NCBI RefSeq assembly: GCF_000315625.1
Contig: NW_005434661.1
Location: 663,548-727,547 of the forward strand
DNA length: 64,000 nucleotides
DNA from: Guillardia theta CCMP2712
Lineage: Eukaryota; Protista; Cryptophyta
Direction of reading: 5' to 3'
A program made the position numbers and the translations under genes. Positions 61,838 to 64,000 of this stretch are shown piece after piece. The notes under the pieces are model-generated. The model made no database searches, was not told the DNA's origin, and saw only the letters and a program-made list of their open reading frames with translations. Positions within the stretch are counted from its first letter, which is position 1. Each line of letters starts with the position of its first letter.

Positions 61838-64000
61838 ATGAAAGCAGCGGTGGATTGGAGAGATAGAGGGGAGAGGAAGGGGCCCGGAGGACAGGAGGAC
61901 AAGAGGGACAGGAGGACAAGAGGGACAGGAGGACAGGAGGGACAGGAGGACAAGAGGACAAGAGGACAAGAGGACAGGAGGACAAGAGGACAGGAGGACA
62001 AGAGGACAGGAGGACAGGAGGACAGGAGGACAGGAGGACAGGAGGACAGGACAGAGGACAGGACAAGAGGACAGGAGGAGATGAGGACAGGAGGACAGGT
62101 GGACAGGTGGACAAGAGGACAGGAGGAGCGGAGGACAGGAGGAGCGGAGGACAGGACAGGACAAGAGGACAGGAGGACAGGAGGAGGTGTTTCGAGTCTA
62201 GGAAAGAGGGCCAGGAGAGGAAGATGATCTGATAATCGGTGAGCAGGGTGCTTCGATGAAACGCAGCCCAATCAACCATGATGCCGCAGGGGTAAGGTTT
62301 CCACATGCTCCTGCCTGACTGATCGGTTCATGGCCAGGGATCAGAGGAATCTTGGATCAAGATGGCGCAAAGCTTCGCCTCTGTCGGAGGCTCCACCGTG
62401 CAAACGGCTCCGGCTCCCCAACATCAACAAGCCCCCCCTGCCAAGTCAGCTGATGCTCTCAAATTTGCACTTCCTATACCTCCTCCTCTGAGTCAGGCGG
62501 ATGATGCAGCTGCTGAGGATGCCCTCCATGGCTCTAACTCACCAGCAGCCCAAGAGTCTCCAGGCCAGCTGTCCGTTCCTGCAAATTCATCAGGGCCACC
62601 TGCCCCATCTACACCCCCGACGGCTGAGAATCGAGTTCAGCGGTCAATGAATTCCAAAGAGGACGAAGCTATGGAGGAGGCGAGCTCTTCTCCTCCTCCT
62701 CCTCCTCCTCCTGCTCCTGTGCCAGGGCCAGAAGATGCAGGAGGTCCTCCAACCGGTGAAAAGACGTCAGAAGAAGTGTGGAGCAGTCTTGTGAACTTTG
62801 CCAGTGGCCTCTGGCAAGATCTGAAAATGCCTTCGCAAGGAATAGAAGGAGGCGATGAGTTAGTCGCTGATTCCAAATCGAGCGGGCAGGTGCAGGCTAC
62901 TTACACAAAGGATGTGGAGAGCTATGTAGAGGAACATGTGGTGTGGACAGAAATAAACGATAAGGACCCGGGAGAATCTGCACTGGTTGCCGGGGTCTCA
63001 AAAGGACTGGGAGGTGGTCAAATTCGCCCCATGGAGATCGTGGAGCAGTCGGCGGTGATGGCGAAGCCGGAACAAGAGCCAGAGCAACTTGTTGGGGTGC
63101 GCAGCAAGCTAGGAGCCTCCGCTCCTGCCGAGCAGAAGCTCGAGAGCAGAGAAGACAAGAATCAAACTCTACCAGAGGGAAAAGACGCGAAGAAACAGCA
63201 AGAGAGCCAGGCCAAAGGGAAGAAAGCAGATACCGACAAGGTGGAAGACTCCAGTGACAAGAACGAAGGGGTTCCGTTGGCATTAGAACACGTCGGAGAG
63301 CAAGCCAGCGAACACGATGTGAAGCACAACGGTGGCGATGATCTCAAGTCAAAGAAAGATTCATCGCAGAAGACGACAAAGAAGAAGACTGGATGTTTCC
63401 CCTCCTTCTCCTTGTTCCGCAAGAAGGCCAAGGAGGCGGTGCGGGAGATCGAGGTCGTGGAAGAGGAGCCGGTCAGGGGTTTCCCTTACATTAGAATACT
63501 CATGGAGTTCGGATCGCAAGTGCCCAGGAATTCCTTGACAGCGGACGAGACGTCCGAGCGAGTCGCGCAAGTCATCGGGGCGGGCGCGGGCAACGTGATG
63601 GCATGTCGGCACCTCAAGTCCGGCGTCGTTGCTGAGATCCTGGTGAAGAAGGGAGTTTGTGGGGGTATGACATCCCTGGAAGCTTTGCAGTTGCTGGAGA
63701 AGAAGGTCAAGACTGGGGATAAGACGCTGGGGAACGAGGTCTTCGAGGACCTCCTCTACAACGTCGTCACCTGGCCCGCTATCATCGACGCTTCAGTGAG
63801 GGTGCAGGAGATTCAGGTGGAGAACGGGCAGGAGCTGGACACGCAGTACGCGCGAGCAGACTTTTTCTTCGACATGGATTTCCAGGAAGTCTACGGGGTC
63901 GAGCAGGACATTATGGGCGACCTCCATGATACCATCGTGTTAGCACTGTCGGCCGACGCCAACAAGCTCTGGGTGGCTGGGCTGAGGCCCACCAGCAACT
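61838..64000 (+). CDS. Large hypothetical protein, 3' end beyond window (absent from ORF track because there is no stop)
   Basis: Stop-free frame 62338..64000 (MAQSFASVGG..), disordered P/E-rich region followed by folded units (FDMDFQEV..LWVAGLRP); plausible upstream exons 61838-61849 and 62202-62291. Confidence 0.7.
61888..62186. repeat. (AGGAC/AGGAGGAC)n intronic simple repeat
   Basis: ~300 bp of ggacaggagga/ggacaagagga units. Confidence 0.9.

Noticed and set aside
1-64000. tRNA, rRNA or telomeric repeats
   Set aside because: None recognised by eye; tRNAscan-SE/Infernal would be needed to exclude small RNAs

Overview
Gene-dense eukaryotic nuclear DNA with many short (~45-70 bp) GT-AG introns and GA/CT microsatellites. 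The style, and N-terminal signal-plus-transit presequences, suggest a cryptophyte alga (Guillardia theta-like; inferred, not verified). About 20 multi-exon genes are present: an RNI-type LRR protein, a catalytically degenerate JmjN/JmjC protein, a Crinkler/RHS-like NTPase-REase protein, a ~30-unit CxxC/CEHG zinc-repeat protein, an NPHP1-like protein, TMEM14/FAX, Coa1-like, an extended SDR, a MULE-transposase-derived gene, a Trm7/FtsJ methyltransferase, a GT-FkbM-fucosyltransferase fusion, a Nug1/GNL3 GTPase, Kelch, TDP2, EF-hand/ankyrin and RhoGAP. Positions ~5-17 kb form an accessory island: satellites, the Crinkler-like gene and a Cys-rich MULE-like gene lie between a perfect 23-bp inverted repeat pair. 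The most notable candidates are (1) a Crinkler-like protein with a plastid-type bipartite presequence and an apparently dead nuclease site, next to a palindromic 19-bp satellite, and (2) several information-processing proteins with ER-type signals and ubiquitin-C-terminus-like LRGG motifs, suggesting periplastid/nucleomorph targeting. All gene models and family calls were made by eye; exon boundaries are approximate unless stated.
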